Positions 52,888 through 63,354 of a DNA stretch of 64,000 nucleotides are shown here, one piece after another. The stretch is from Nitrosopumilus sp. Its GTDB lineage: Archaea; Thermoproteota; Nitrososphaeria; Nitrososphaerales; Nitrosopumilaceae. The number at the start of each line of letters is the position of its first letter. The stretch's first letter is position 1. The notes beneath the pieces were generated by a model. The model did no database searches. It was not told where the DNA came from and was given only the letters and a program-made list of their open reading frames with translations. The stretch covers positions 1,152,001 to 1,216,000 of the forward strand of contig OZ242220.1 in NCBI GenBank assembly GCA_965206745.1, in the 5' to 3' direction. Made by a program: the position numbers and the translations under genes.

Positions 52888-55703
52888 TTTTTCAATAATT
52901 TCTTCAGATATTTCCCCGTATAACTCCCAGGTGCCTTTGCAATATCTCGTGGCGTACCAACTGCTACGACTTTTCCACCCTCATCACCGCCCTCAGGCCC
53001 AAGATCGATTAGCCAGTCAGAATTTTTGATAACATCCATGTTATGCTCAATTACAATCACTGTGTTTCCAAGGTTGACCAGGCGATTTAAAACGTCCAAT
53101 AACTTTTGAACGTCTGCAAAATGCAGTCCGGTAGTGGGCTCATCTAGTATGTAGAGAGTCTTTCCAGTACCACGCTTTGATAACTCAGATGCAAGTTTCA
53201 CCCTTTGAGCTTCACCGCCAGAAAGCGTAGTTGATGACTGCCCAAGTTTGATATAGCCTAAACCAACATCATATATGGTTTGTAATTTGCGTTGAATCGC
53301 AGGAATATTTTCAAAGAAATTTAATGCCTCATACACAGTCATGTCTAAAATATCTGAAATATTTTTCCCCTTGTACAATACGGACAAAGTTTCGGTGTTG
53401 TATCTTTTTCCCTTGCATTCATCGCATTTTACATATACATCAGACAAAAACTGCATCTCAATTTGTTTTACGCCATCTCCATCACATGCAAAACACCTAC
53501 CATGAGCTACATTAAATGAGAACTGTCCAGGTGCATATCCACGCTCTTTTGATAAGGCCGTGTTTGAATAAAGTTCTCTAATGGGAGTAAATGCACCTAT
53601 GTAAGTTGCAGGGTTTGAGCGAGGGGTTCTTCCAATAGGCGATTGATCAATGGCAATCACCTTATCTACATTTTCCAGGCCTACAATATCCTTGTGCATT
53701 CCAGAGCGCACATTAGATTTGTAAAAATGATTTTCTAGTGATTTTAACAAAATATCATTAATCAGAGTGGATTTACCAGAGCCAGAAACGCCGGTGACAG
53801 AGACAAAAAGACCCAAGGGAATCTCTACATTGATGTCTTTTAGATTGTTTTCAGATGCTTTCCTTATAATTAGAGAGCCAGAATTATTACGAATTTTATC
53901 ATGGAGATTTATCAGAGAATTGTTTTTCAAATATGCACCAGTGACAGATTTGCTATCCTTGAGAATCCGATTTACAGTTCCTTCAAAAACCACATTTCCC
54001 CCATGTATGCCAGCTCCCGGACCCAGATCAATCATCCAGTCTGAATTTCGTATAACTTCCTCGTCATGCTCCACAACTATGACGGTATTTCCCAGATTTC
54101 GTAGCTTATTTAGCGTTTTAATGAGACGAGAGTTGTCCCTCTGATGCAATCCGATAGTAGGCTCATCAAGAACATACAAAACACCAGTCAAATTAGAGCC
54201 AATCTGGGTTGCCAGTCTGATTCTTTGGGATTCACCACCAGACAGCGTAGAGCTTAGTCTATTTAGTGTAAGATAGTTTAAACCAACATTCATCAGAAAT
54301 TCAAGGCGTTCTCGGATCTCTTTTAAGACATCTCTTGCAATGTGTTGTTCATTCGCAGTTAATTTTAGCGAAGAAAAGAAATCATAGCAATGATCAATTG
54401 ACATGTCACATACATCCATGATTCCCTTTTCATTGATTTTAACTGCAAGGGATTCAGGTTTTAGTTTTTTACCAGCACATGTGTTGCAAGGGGTGTCTCG
54501 CATGAATTGTTTTAGCCATTCCCTTTTTGATTCAGAATCAGTTTCCATAAAAATACGTTGTAGATTAACCAAAACGCCTTCAAATGCATTAGTTGACTGC
54601 CAAGACGAACCACCGGATTTGGAACGGTATGTAAAGTCAATTAAATCATCTGCACCATGCAAAATTATTTGGAGATGCTTTGGTTTTATCTTATCAAAAG
54701 GTGTCATCAAATCAAAGCCAAATTTTTTTCCAACTGCCCGCAGTGCTTGACGTCTAAATGCAGAGAATCTGCCACTCCATGGAACAATTGCACCATCCAA
54801 AATGGATTTGGTTTTGTCTGGGACAACTAAATCAGCATCAAATTCCATTTTTACACCTAGACCATTACAAGTTTTGCACATGCCAAATGGAGAGTTAAAT
54901 GAGAAGGATCTTGGCTCCAATTCACCCACAGTCAAACCACAATAGGGGCACGCATTATTTTGCGAGAAAATTTTTTCTGATTTCTCAGTTGCAATCATTA
55001 CGTCACCTTTAGACGCCTTGATGGCAGTCTGTATCGCCTCAAAAAGTCGAGATCTTTCGGACTTTTCAGTGGTGATTCTATCAACTACAATCTCAATATT
55101 GTGCCATTTTTGCCTGTCAAGTGGAGGCATTTCGTCATCTAGGCTCAAAATTTCGCCATTTAGGCGTATTCTAGAGTATCCGTCCTTTTTGATTTGCTCA
55201 AATAATTTTTCATATGTGCCTTTTTTCCTTTGAACTATGGGTGCCAAGATGAGGATCTTCTTGCCTGAAAAATCTTTGAGTATAGAATCACATATTCTTT
55301 CTATAGATTGTGTGGAAACTTTACGGCCACAGTTGGTACAGTAAGGAATCCCAATCCTTGCAAACAGCAATCTCATGTAATCATAGATTTCAGTAGTGGT
55401 TCCAACAGTAGAACGGGGATTCTTACTAGTGGTTTTTTGCTGGATGGAGATGGCAGGAGAAAGGCCTTCGATGGAATCAACGTCAGGTTTATCCATCATC
55501 TCTAAAAATTGGCGAGCGTATGCTGAAAGGGATTCAACATATCTTCGTTGGCCCTCAGCATAAATCGTATCAAATGCCAGAGTGGACTTTCCAGAACCAG
55601 ACAGCCCACTAATAACAATTAATTTGTTTTTTGGAATATCAATATCCAAATTCTTTAGATTGTGATGCCTTGCTCCGCGAACTTTTAACTTATTTTCTAC
55701 CAT
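52884..55703 (-). CDS. uvrA: Excinuclease ABC subunit A
   Basis: GARHHNLKN, GLSGSGKS, two ABC modules with LSGGE, zinc fingers. Confidence 0.97.
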   Translation of the reverse strand: MVENKLKVRGARHHNLKNLDIDIPKNKLIVISGLSGSGKSTLAFDTIYAEGQRRYVESLSAYARQFLEMMDKPDVDSIEGLSPAISIQQKTTSKNPRSTVGTTTEIYDYMRLLFARIGIPYCTNCGRKVSTQSIERICDSILKDFSGKKILILAPIVQRKKGTYEKLFEQIKKDGYSRIRLNGEILSLDDEMPPLDRQKWHNIEIVVDRITTEKSERSRLFEAIQTAIKASKGDVMIATEKSEKIFSQNNACPYCGLTVGELEPRSFSFNSPFGMCKTCNGLGVKMEFDADLVVPDKTKSILDGAIVPWSGRFSAFRRQALRAVGKKFGFDLMTPFDKIKPKHLQIILHGADDLIDFTYRSKSGGSSWQSTNAFEGVLVNLQRIFMETDSESKREWLKQFMRDTPCNTCAGKKLKPESLAVKINEKGIMDVCDMSIDHCYDFFSSLKLTANEQHIARDVLKEIRERLEFLMNVGLNYLTLNRLSSTLSGGESQRIRLATQIGSNLTGVLYVLDEPTIGLHQRDNSRLIKTLNKLRNLGNTVIVVEHDEEVIRNSDWMIDLGPGAGIHGGNVVFEGTVNRILKDSKSVTGAYLKNNSLINLHDKIRNNSGSLIIRKASENNLKDINVEIPLGLFVSVTGVSGSGKSTLINDILLKSLENHFYKSNVRSGMHKDIVGLENVDKVIAIDQSPIGRTPRSNPATYIGAFTPIRELYSNTALSKERGYAPGQFSFNVAHGRCFACDGDGVKQIEMQFLSDVYVKCDECKGKRYNTETLSVLYKGKNISDILDMTVYEALNFFENIPAIQRKLQTIYDVGLGYIKLGQSSTTLSGGEAQRVKLASELSKRGTGKTLYILDEPTTGLHFADVQKLLDVLNRLVNLGNTVIVIEHNMDVIKNSDWLIDLGPEGGDEGGKVVAVGTPRDIAKAPGSYTGKYLKKLLKK

Positions 55704-57651
55704 TTTTAAACTCAATCTCCTTTTCTATTCTTTTCATTCTATCCCTGCACTCAATTGCACGTTCAAAATCTAATTCATCAGAATATTTTTTCATCTGCGC
55801 TTCCAAATCAATTAGTTCATTTGTGAGATCATGAATTGACTTTAATTTTGAATCATCTAATGCAACTTCTTGCAAAGGCACAGATTTGACAATAGTTCTG
55901 GGAGTTATACGGTGTTCCTTATTGTATTGCATTTGTTTTTCCCTACGACGCCTAGTTTCATTCAGAGCGTTTTTCATCGATTGTGTGGTATTATCAGCAT
56001 ACATGATGACAAAGCCGTTCACATTTCTTGCAGCACGCCCACAGGTTTGAATCAAACTAGTAAAGTTTCTCAAAAAACCCTCTTTATCTGCATCTAAGAT
56101 CGCAACCAGAGAGACTTCGGGTATATCAAGCCCCTCTCGAAGAAGGTTGATGCCGACTAGTACATCAAATTCACCTAGACGCAGTTGCCTAATTATCTCA
56201 GTTCTCTGCAAGCCTTCTATTTCAGAATGCATGTATCTTACCCTAACGTGCTTCTTTGAGAGATACTCGGCCAGATCTTCGGCCATGCGTTTGGTCAAAG
56301 TTGTGACTAAAACACGCTCAGAATGGGCAGATCTTTTGCTAATCTCTTTGATCAAGTCATCCATCTGATCCTTAGTGGGCCTAATCTCAATTAGAGGGTC
56401 AAGTAATCCGGTAGGCCGCACCAGTTGTTCGACAATTTGAGATGAGGTTTTCTTCTCATATTCAGAAGGGGTCGCAGATACAAAAATAGTATTTCTGATG
56501 TATTTTTCAAACTCTTCAAACTTTAATGGGCGATTATCAAATGCACTTGGCAATCTAAACCCATATGTGATTAATTCGTTTTTTCTTGAGTGATCACCCT
56601 TGTACATTCCGTGAAGTTGAGGCAATGTGACATGGGATTCGTCAATCACTAAAAGGTAATCATCCCCAAAAAAGTCTATAAGACAAAATGCTTTCTCCCC
56701 AGATTTTCTCCCATCAAAGTGTCTAGAATAATTCTCAATTCCAGAACAATATCCCAATTCTTCAATCATTTCCAAGTCATACTTTGTTCTCATCTCAAGT
56801 CTCTGTTTTTCCAGTTCGTTTAATTCAGGTAGGCGCAGTTTTAACTCTGCCCTGATTGATTTGACTGCCTTTTTGCGAGCATCTTTTGCAATGAGATAGT
56901 GTTTTGCAGGATAAATTTTCATCGTGGATATTTGCTTCTTTTCTTTTAACGAAACAGGATCCAATATGGTGATTTTTTCCACTTCGTCTCCAAAGAGGGA
57001 AATTCTAACTAAATCCTCAGAGTAGGCAGGGATAACGCTGATAGTGTCACCCATTACTTTGAAATTTCCAGGAGCTGTTTCAGTGTCATTTCTCTCATAT
57101 CGGGCATCAATGAATTGCCGAATGATTTCATCTCTTTTGATTTGATCTCCAGTGTTAACCGTGATGGCCAAATCTTCCCAATCCTTAGGATTTCCCAGAG
57201 AATAGATGCAAGATACCGTAGATACAATAATCGTAGGCTCGCCAGAAAGCAGCATTGCAGTTGCTTCCAGTCTCATCTTTTCAATTTGTTCATTGATTTG
57301 GGTGTCTTTTTCAATGTAGGTGTCTGTCTGAGGCAGATAGCTCTCTGGTTGATAGTAGTCATAGTAGGATACAAAATATCCGACATTGTTTTTTGGAAAG
57401 AACTGTTTGAGTTCTGAGTAAAGTTGTGCGGCAAGTGTTTTATTGTGAGAGATTACCAGGGTGTTCTTTCCAGTTCTTGCAATAACATTTGCTACAGAGA
57501 ATGTCTTGCCACTTCCAGTCACGCCAAGCAGGGTTTGGATGGAGCCTTTCTGCACACCATTAACCAAGGAATCTATAGCCTGTGGCTGATCCCCTGTGGG
57601 TTCATAATCAGATGCCAATTCAAATGAGGAGACCTGTTCCAACATATCCAA
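55690..57651 (-). CDS. uvrB: Excinuclease ABC subunit B
   Basis: GDQPQAI, GVTGSGKT, YYDYYQPE, DESH, LREGLD.PEV, GRAARN, UVR. Confidence 0.97.
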   Translation of the reverse strand: MDMLEQVSSFELASDYEPTGDQPQAIDSLVNGVQKGSIQTLLGVTGSGKTFSVANVIARTGKNTLVISHNKTLAAQLYSELKQFFPKNNVGYFVSYYDYYQPESYLPQTDTYIEKDTQINEQIEKMRLEATAMLLSGEPTIIVSTVSCIYSLGNPKDWEDLAITVNTGDQIKRDEIIRQFIDARYERNDTETAPGNFKVMGDTISVIPAYSEDLVRISLFGDEVEKITILDPVSLKEKKQISTMKIYPAKHYLIAKDARKKAVKSIRAELKLRLPELNELEKQRLEMRTKYDLEMIEELGYCSGIENYSRHFDGRKSGEKAFCLIDFFGDDYLLVIDESHVTLPQLHGMYKGDHSRKNELITYGFRLPSAFDNRPLKFEEFEKYIRNTIFVSATPSEYEKKTSSQIVEQLVRPTGLLDPLIEIRPTKDQMDDLIKEISKRSAHSERVLVTTLTKRMAEDLAEYLSKKHVRVRYMHSEIEGLQRTEIIRQLRLGEFDVLVGINLLREGLDIPEVSLVAILDADKEGFLRNFTSLIQTCGRAARNVNGFVIMYADNTTQSMKNALNETRRRREKQMQYNKEHRITPRTIVKSVPLQEVALDDSKLKSIHDLTNELIDLEAQMKKYSDELDFERAIECRDRMKRIEKEIEFKNGRK

Positions 57652-57770
57652 TCATGAAAAACTGAACTTATAGCTAACGATTCAAAGCCTCAGGTTGCTA
57701 ATAACCAACTTTCCAAGATTTGTCCTCACTTGGATTTGCCTGTTCAAAGCAATGCAATATCAAAATAAAA

Positions 57771-58403
57771 TCACCAAATAGGCTCGTCAATCATCTTGAG
57801 TCCAGTCTCAGTCACTTCAAATCCCATAATCTTCAAAGTTTCAAGTGCGGTTGGAGAGTTTCGCTTGAGAATTTTTTGGGCCAAACTCAACCTATCATCA
57901 GGCCTCATGTGTTGGCCGATTTTGTATTTTCCATAAAGTGTAGTGGGAGTAACTTTGATCACACTGACAGCGTCTAAAACGCGCATTTCAGATTGTATTG
58001 GATCATATTGCCCCTCAGGCTGATACTTTTCCATCAGTCCATTGAGTGCGAGTGTTTTTTCTTCTCTATCAGATACAAGCAGAGCTGTTCCTTTGATCAC
58101 TATGCTGATGTACAGTGTATCTGCCAGAGATGCGTTGTGAGGATCCTCAAAATAAGAAGGTAGAAATTCTAATTCCCTATCTGCTTCAAATCCGACCTTG
58201 TTATTTCTAGAAATATTGTCTAATTTCTCACCCCTTACATGAGAATGCATGTAAATGGCATCATTAAGAAATACAAAATTCATCGGAATTATCTGTGGAA
58301 AACCACTCTCATCGATGCTTGCTACACGTCCAACATGTTCATCATGCAAAAATTCTTTTATTTTATCATGTGATTTAATCTGAAGAATTCCAGTTAGTTG
58401 CAC
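57771..58403 (-). CDS. Pyridoxamine 5'-phosphate oxidase-like flavin-nucleotide-binding protein (NimA/PaiB-like)
   Basis: VGRVAS.D..G.P.IIPMNFV, IYMHS...GEKL, Y.S.VIKG, GKYKIGQ. Confidence 0.85.
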   Translation of the reverse strand: MQLTGILQIKSHDKIKEFLHDEHVGRVASIDESGFPQIIPMNFVFLNDAIYMHSHVRGEKLDNISRNNKVGFEADRELEFLPSYFEDPHNASLADTLYISIVIKGTALLVSDREEKTLALNGLMEKYQPEGQYDPIQSEMRVLDAVSVIKVTPTTLYGKYKIGQHMRPDDRLSLAQKILKRNSPTALETLKIMGFEVTETGLKMIDEPIW

Positions 58404-58479
58404 AGATTAATCTAGAAAAATAATGTTATAAATCGATGTACAGAAACCCCTAAAATACAAGATAAAATGAAAAATCATC

Positions 58480-58698
58480 ATGAATGATCCGTATCTTGAT
58501 GAACTAAGGGAGGACTTTGAAGGATACTCCAACCAATTGAAAAAACTAAAAAGAAAATTACTAAAGGCAAATTCTCCTGAAATTCAAGCAAAGATTGTCA
58601 AGCAGATCGATTCAACTGCCAAGAAGATGGAGAATAATCAAAGGCAATCAGCAAAGGTGACAAAATCAAGAATCAAAGAAAGAAGATCAAGGAGATAG
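58480..58698 (+). CDS. small basic coiled-coil hypothetical protein
   Basis: 72-aa ORF, TAAAATA box upstream. Confidence 0.65.
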   Translation: MNDPYLDELREDFEGYSNQLKKLKRKLLKANSPEIQAKIVKQIDSTAKKMENNQRQSAKVTKSRIKERRSRR

Positions 58699-58700
58699 AA

Positions 58701-58808
58701 CTAGTCATCAGTATCTAGTTCTTTTACCATTGCCTGGATTTCTAAAATCCTACATTCCAATTCAGCACATTCCGTTTTCAAATCTGCACTCATGGAATAT
58801 AATTGCAA
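58701..58808 (-). CDS. possible micro-protein (M)QLYSMSADLKTECAELECRILEIQAMVKELDTDD
   Basis: Read manually; TTG 58808 or ATG 58793; TTTTAAAA box at 58838-58831; heptad pattern. Confidence 0.4.
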   Translation of the reverse strand: MQLYSMSADLKTECAELECRILEIQAMVKELDTDD

Positions 58809-58907
58809 AAACAATCAAAAGCAGACAACATTTTAAAACTTGACTTCTTTGATTCAAATTATTCATTAATGTAAATTGCTAAATTTGGGAGGGATTCAAC
58901 ATAATGA

Positions 58908-59321
58908 ATGTCTGAAATTGACAGAGAGCGAGAGGAAGCAACGGAGATGACATTGGATCTTTTAGAAGAATGGGGTTCGGCATCCAAATTCATCTGGTTT
59001 AGAGAATTACACAGAATAACTGATATCGACAAAGGATTGCTTCGAAATATTCTCAATGACTTGAAGAAATCAAAAGAGATCAAAGAGATGCATGGGACCA
59101 ACAACAGAATATTTTTCTGCCTCAAAAAATATTACATCAAATGCAGAGATGTGGAATTTAGATTCAAAGGCAAGCAAATAATGCTAAAGGATGGAAGCAA
59201 AACAAAGATCATTCAAGGTTCGACTAATGCGACAGAGAGGACTAGAAAGAGATTGGAAAAACAAAAAAACAAGCGACGAGCTAAATCATTTACAAAAAAG
59301 AAAAGACCCCACAAATCATAG
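58908..59321 (+). CDS. hypothetical protein, winged-helix-like with basic tail
   Basis: IWFRELHRIT.IDKG.L..ILNDL.K..EI pattern; K/R-rich C-terminus. Confidence 0.6.
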   Translation: MSEIDREREEATEMTLDLLEEWGSASKFIWFRELHRITDIDKGLLRNILNDLKKSKEIKEMHGTNNRIFFCLKKYYIKCRDVEFRFKGKQIMLKDGSKTKIIQGSTNATERTRKRLEKQKNKRRAKSFTKKKRPHKS

Positions 59322-59329
59322 AGGTCTTC

Positions 59330-59545
59330 TTACTGGCGTCTTGTAAAATTTGATTCTGCACGTTTTAGTTTTGCAGATTCTGCAACGTCTTCAGTCATGT
59401 CGTATAGATTATGCAATTCCATGTCAGGGGTCAATTCGTCCTCTTTCTCATCATCTAGATCATATTCAAGATCAGAAAGGAGACTTATATTTTCATCTAA
59501 AATATCAAGACATTTTCTTATCGATTCAGGAAGGTCTTCATCCAT
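59330..59545 (-). CDS. small acidic hypothetical protein
   Basis: 71-aa D/E-rich ORF. Confidence 0.55.
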   Translation of the reverse strand: MDEDLPESIRKCLDILDENISLLSDLEYDLDDEKEDELTPDMELHNLYDMTEDVAESAKLKRAESNFTRRQ

Positions 59546-59604
59546 GAGAAGACCTAGAACAAGGTAAACTAAAGGATTTGCTATACGTCATAGTATAGAA
59601 CGTC

Positions 59605-60711
59605 TTATTGTTTGGCTTTTTCACGCAATACAGGCATTACATGGCTTGCAAATTTATCAATAGAGCCAAAGTAATTCTTGCCCCAAAATCTAATTACAAA
59701 GTGGTTTACACCAGCCTTCATGAATCTTTCAAATGTCGGAATCACATCTTCTGGAGTACCAACAGCAGTTGATGAACGTGCTATAGCATCAGGGATTTTG
59801 GTTGCAGCATCCCTCATCTTTACAATCCAGCTTTGGTCAGACATTGAATATTCTGTAAAGTATTTTACAAAATCAAATCCTTCGATCTCCTTCAAGCCGT
59901 GAACCCTCAAAATTTCAGGCTTGAATAGACTGACTTTAACTGCCTCTTTCATCTTGGCCCAGGATGCTTCGGCATCATCAGAGAAATAGACATCAATATC
60001 TAATGCAAATTCAAAGTTGTCCTTTTCTTGCTGAGTTCTGTTGTTGGCATCCATTGAAACTTCGATCTGTCTTTTGTGATCTTCAAATAGTTCGGGAGTG
60101 TAACCTATTGGCAACCAGCCATCACCGAGCTTTCCAGTTAATGCAAGGGTTCGCTTACCTCCAGATGCCATGTAAGTTGGCGGATGTGGTTTTCTAATCG
60201 GAGAAGCTTGCAAGCATGCGCCTTCAAGCTGGTAATATTTTCCTTTGTAATTTACAGTATTGTCTGGTGTTGATTCGTATAATGTGTGAATGGTTTCGAT
60301 CTGCTCTTCCCACTTTGAAACAGGCTTTTCAAATGGAATGCAAAATTCTTTCAGATTCTGTGCTTCGCCTGCTCCAATTCCCAATATTGCCCTGCCCTTT
60401 GAAACTCTGTCCAGAGTGATTGCAGCCAGTGCAATGTTTGAGGGATGTCTTCTAATTGCATCAGTTACACAGGTTCCCAGTTCCACATTATTTGTAACGG
60501 CTGCAATTGCAGATAACATGACCCAAGGGTCAAGAACGGTTGCATTTTTCCATTGTGGGACATTTGTATGATCCATATAGAAGATTGAATCATAGCCAGT
60601 CTTATCAGCAAGCATGCATGCAGTTAAAATTTGATCCTCAGTATATCCGGCTCTTGCAACGTTTAGGCCATTTTGAATACCAAATTTTAGCTTCTTATCT
60701 GTCAAGTACAT
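59605..60711 (-). CDS. LLM-class (luciferase-like) flavin/F420-dependent oxidoreductase
   Basis: AD..GYDSI...DH, DPW..L.AIAA.T..V.LGT.VT, RHP, LD..S.GR.ILG.GAG, G..GDGW. Confidence 0.9.
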   Translation of the reverse strand: MYLTDKKLKFGIQNGLNVARAGYTEDQILTACMLADKTGYDSIFYMDHTNVPQWKNATVLDPWVMLSAIAAVTNNVELGTCVTDAIRRHPSNIALAAITLDRVSKGRAILGIGAGEAQNLKEFCIPFEKPVSKWEEQIETIHTLYESTPDNTVNYKGKYYQLEGACLQASPIRKPHPPTYMASGGKRTLALTGKLGDGWLPIGYTPELFEDHKRQIEVSMDANNRTQQEKDNFEFALDIDVYFSDDAEASWAKMKEAVKVSLFKPEILRVHGLKEIEGFDFVKYFTEYSMSDQSWIVKMRDAATKIPDAIARSSTAVGTPEDVIPTFERFMKAGVNHFVIRFWGKNYFGSIDKFASHVMPVLREKAKQ

Positions 60712-60804
60712 TTACGACAGATTATGAGAATAAAAAGTTTAGTCAAGCTGCCAATTTCGCACTTTATCAATAAAATAGAAGAAAAGTAAAAAATATTGAA
60801 TTTT

Positions 60805-61749
60805 TTACAAATTACCTGCTTTGATATCTTCAAGGCACTTTACGACATCGTTTTTGGATATTGGAATTGGGTTTGGATCCAAATGTCCCTTATCTGTCAT
60901 TACCGTATCTGCGGCTTCGGAGACATCAGTTTTGAGTTCCAATTTATCAAAACCCAGCTTTTCCATGGCCTCTTTGAATCTATCATAAAAGATTGACTTG
61001 TTATGTTTGTGTGCAACGGTAGTACAGGAGGACAGTGAATATCCATGAGGTACACCCTCATTTGAGAACACATAGGACAATGCATGTCCCAAGGTTGTAG
61101 AGCAATTACCAAATCCCATTCCAGACAACATTGATCCGTATGGATAGTTTTCTGGCTTGTCATTGATGATTGCGTCATACAGGATATCAAATGCTTGCTT
61201 GCACAGAGTTCTTGTCAAGTCATTGCCGAGCTTGCTATCATAGCCTTCAGTAGCTTGAGCACAAGCATCACAGACAGAGTTGTTTATGACTTGCTGTGGA
61301 GTTCCATCTAAAAAGTAGGAATCTACAACGGCCATATCGGCTAGAAATCTGTCCTCACGTAATAATTTCTTTTTACCATCAAACTTTAGAACGCAATAGG
61401 TTGTCATCTCAGCTCCAGTTCCAAATGTGGTTGGAATTAAGATTTTTTCTTTTTTCATCTCAGGTGCAGCATATTTTACTACATCCATAGAACTTCCACC
61501 ACCAAGTCCAATTAGACATGATGGGTCTTTGTCTTTGAATTGTGAAATAACAGCAGTTACGTCATCCATTGATGGTTCAGGTTTTACCTGGTCATACAAC
61601 ATGTAATCCGTAATTCCCATTCTTGCAATCCACTTGTCAGAAAGTTCAGGAGGAACTGTTGTAACAATTAGGGCATTTTTTGGATATTCTGTTTCACCAA
61701 GTGCATTTTCTCCAAATTTGATAACTTTTGGAATGCGTACTGTATTCAT
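60805..61749 (-). CDS. Iron-containing alcohol dehydrogenase; probable malonic semialdehyde reductase of the 3HP/4HB cycle
   Basis: GLGGGSSMDVVK, IPTTFGTGAE.T, D...QA.E, GHALS, VPHG; short AOA type next to an LLM gene, as recalled for the characterised Nitrosopumilus enzyme. Confidence 0.8.
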   Translation of the reverse strand: MNTVRIPKVIKFGENALGETEYPKNALIVTTVPPELSDKWIARMGITDYMLYDQVKPEPSMDDVTAVISQFKDKDPSCLIGLGGGSSMDVVKYAAPEMKKEKILIPTTFGTGAEMTTYCVLKFDGKKKLLREDRFLADMAVVDSYFLDGTPQQVINNSVCDACAQATEGYDSKLGNDLTRTLCKQAFDILYDAIINDKPENYPYGSMLSGMGFGNCSTTLGHALSYVFSNEGVPHGYSLSSCTTVAHKHNKSIFYDRFKEAMEKLGFDKLELKTDVSEAADTVMTDKGHLDPNPIPISKNDVVKCLEDIKAGNL

Positions 61750-62127
61750 AAATGAAGGGCAACATTGATTATTATTATATCTTCCAATTGAAAACGAGCA
61801 TTACATTATGCAAATTTCCTGAAAATATGACAAAGATGACTGTCTGTCTCACAGATACAGACATTCACCTTGGGTTAAAATTTGGATATCTGCCTAGATT
61901 TCAATGAACAGTAATTCGCATGAAAATAAGACACGCTCTGATCAAATATGGTGATCAGATCACCATTTGTGACCAAAGTCTCATCACACAAAGACATTTG
62001 ACCGCTGAGGAATTTTGTCTGCTTCAAGGCACATTAGCATATACCTAGAAATCACACCTAAAAACAGCCACAAATACAATATATGGATCCCCTCAAAGTT
62101 GGCAGATCCACCCAAAAAATTTGGAAC

Positions 62128-63204
62128 CTAGCAAAAATTTTGAGTAATGTACACTTTATCATCAGAGGAAATCACCACACCAATTCCTTCTCTGTCGTAT
62201 GTTGCTGTCAGAATATTTTTTCGGTGACCCGGAGAATCCATCCACCCATCGACTGTGGATTTAGTCAAGTCATCCAGAGAATTCCAATCATAAGATGTGG
62301 GTATGCCATTAACATGCCAGAATGTATCATACAGATTGTTTTGGAAGATATTTTCTGCAATGCCACTATAAATTAGATTTCCAACTATTTTGCGGCACTG
62401 ATATCCTACCGATGTACCCCTATCCGTAGGATCATATCCTTCAGGGGTTTGATGAGAAAAATAATCTCGCGTTGCCATGTCCCTGCTATGTTTTCTTGCA
62501 ACGTCAGATAATTGCCCATCCCAGGACAATGCCTTGAGATCGTTTTGGATACGATATTGATTAGTGAGACTGTGAACCTGCCTTTCCAATTCTCCTGCAT
62601 CAATTACGGGTTTGTTGTTAACAGGGTTATTTTCTTGAACTGTTTTAGGAATACCAGCAGTGTCATCTACTATGTCATCTGTTGTGGTTGGTTCAACTGG
62701 AGCAATCTGCTCACTGATGGTATCTGGAATACCAGCAGTGTCATCTATTGAGAGCGGTTCAACTGGAGCAATCTGCTCACTGATGGTATCTGGAATACCA
62801 GCAGTGTCATCTATTGGGAGCGGTTCAACTGGAGCAATCTGCTCACTGATGGTATCTGGAATACCAGCAGTGTCATCTATCAAGCCAGCTGGAAGTTGTG
62901 ATTTTATGAGGACAGGTTGTTGATCAATTATCTCCCTTATTTTTGATACCGTCTCTTTAGTGATATTTTTTGCTGTATTACTAGCATCCTGAATTATCTT
63001 GGGGGCATTTTGAATTGTCGTATCAAAAAATCCCTGATACCATAAAAAGAATCCAAATCCCACAATTAATACAAAAACAATCCCCACCATGACGGGTTTT
63101 GTTTTGTTTCCAGAATGCTTGGAATTTGGGTTATGGCCAACGCCATCATATCGATTGTCATATTTTCCTCCTACCCACCCTCTCCAATCATCAGGATCAT
63201 CCAT
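62128..63204 (-). CDS. CAP/SCP (cysteine-rich secretory) domain membrane protein with repeat stalk
   Basis: Single TM; LTNQYR....L..L.WD..L..VAR.HS.DMA...YFSH, AENI, WMDSPGHRKNIL, Y.TQNFC. Confidence 0.9.
   Translation of the reverse strand: MDDPDDWRGWVGGKYDNRYDGVGHNPNSKHSGNKTKPVMVGIVFVLIVGFGFFLWYQGFFDTTIQNAPKIIQDASNTAKNITKETVSKIREIIDQQPVLIKSQLPAGLIDDTAGIPDTISEQIAPVEPLPIDDTAGIPDTISEQIAPVEPLSIDDTAGIPDTISEQIAPVEPTTTDDIVDDTAGIPKTVQENNPVNNKPVIDAGELERQVHSLTNQYRIQNDLKALSWDGQLSDVARKHSRDMATRDYFSHQTPEGYDPTDRGTSVGYQCRKIVGNLIYSGIAENIFQNNLYDTFWHVNGIPTSYDWNSLDDLTKSTVDGWMDSPGHRKNILTATYDREGIGVVISSDDKVYITQNFC
62690..62880 (-). repeat. 66-bp in-frame tandem repeat x3 (IDDTAGIPDTISEQIAPVEPLP/S), plus a partial copy at 62648-62670
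   Basis: Units start at 62690, 62756 and 62822 on the + strand; near-identical. Confidence 0.95.
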
Positions 63205-63354
63205 TCTAATGATGTCAATGATGATCTATGTAACCTAAGTGATCTGTAAACCATTGAGAATTGCAAGTTCAACGCATCCATAAATCTCCTGCAACAAATT
63301 AGCAGGCCCTCGGAATTGCATTATTATTATATCTGAAATCACCTATGAAGAGGC

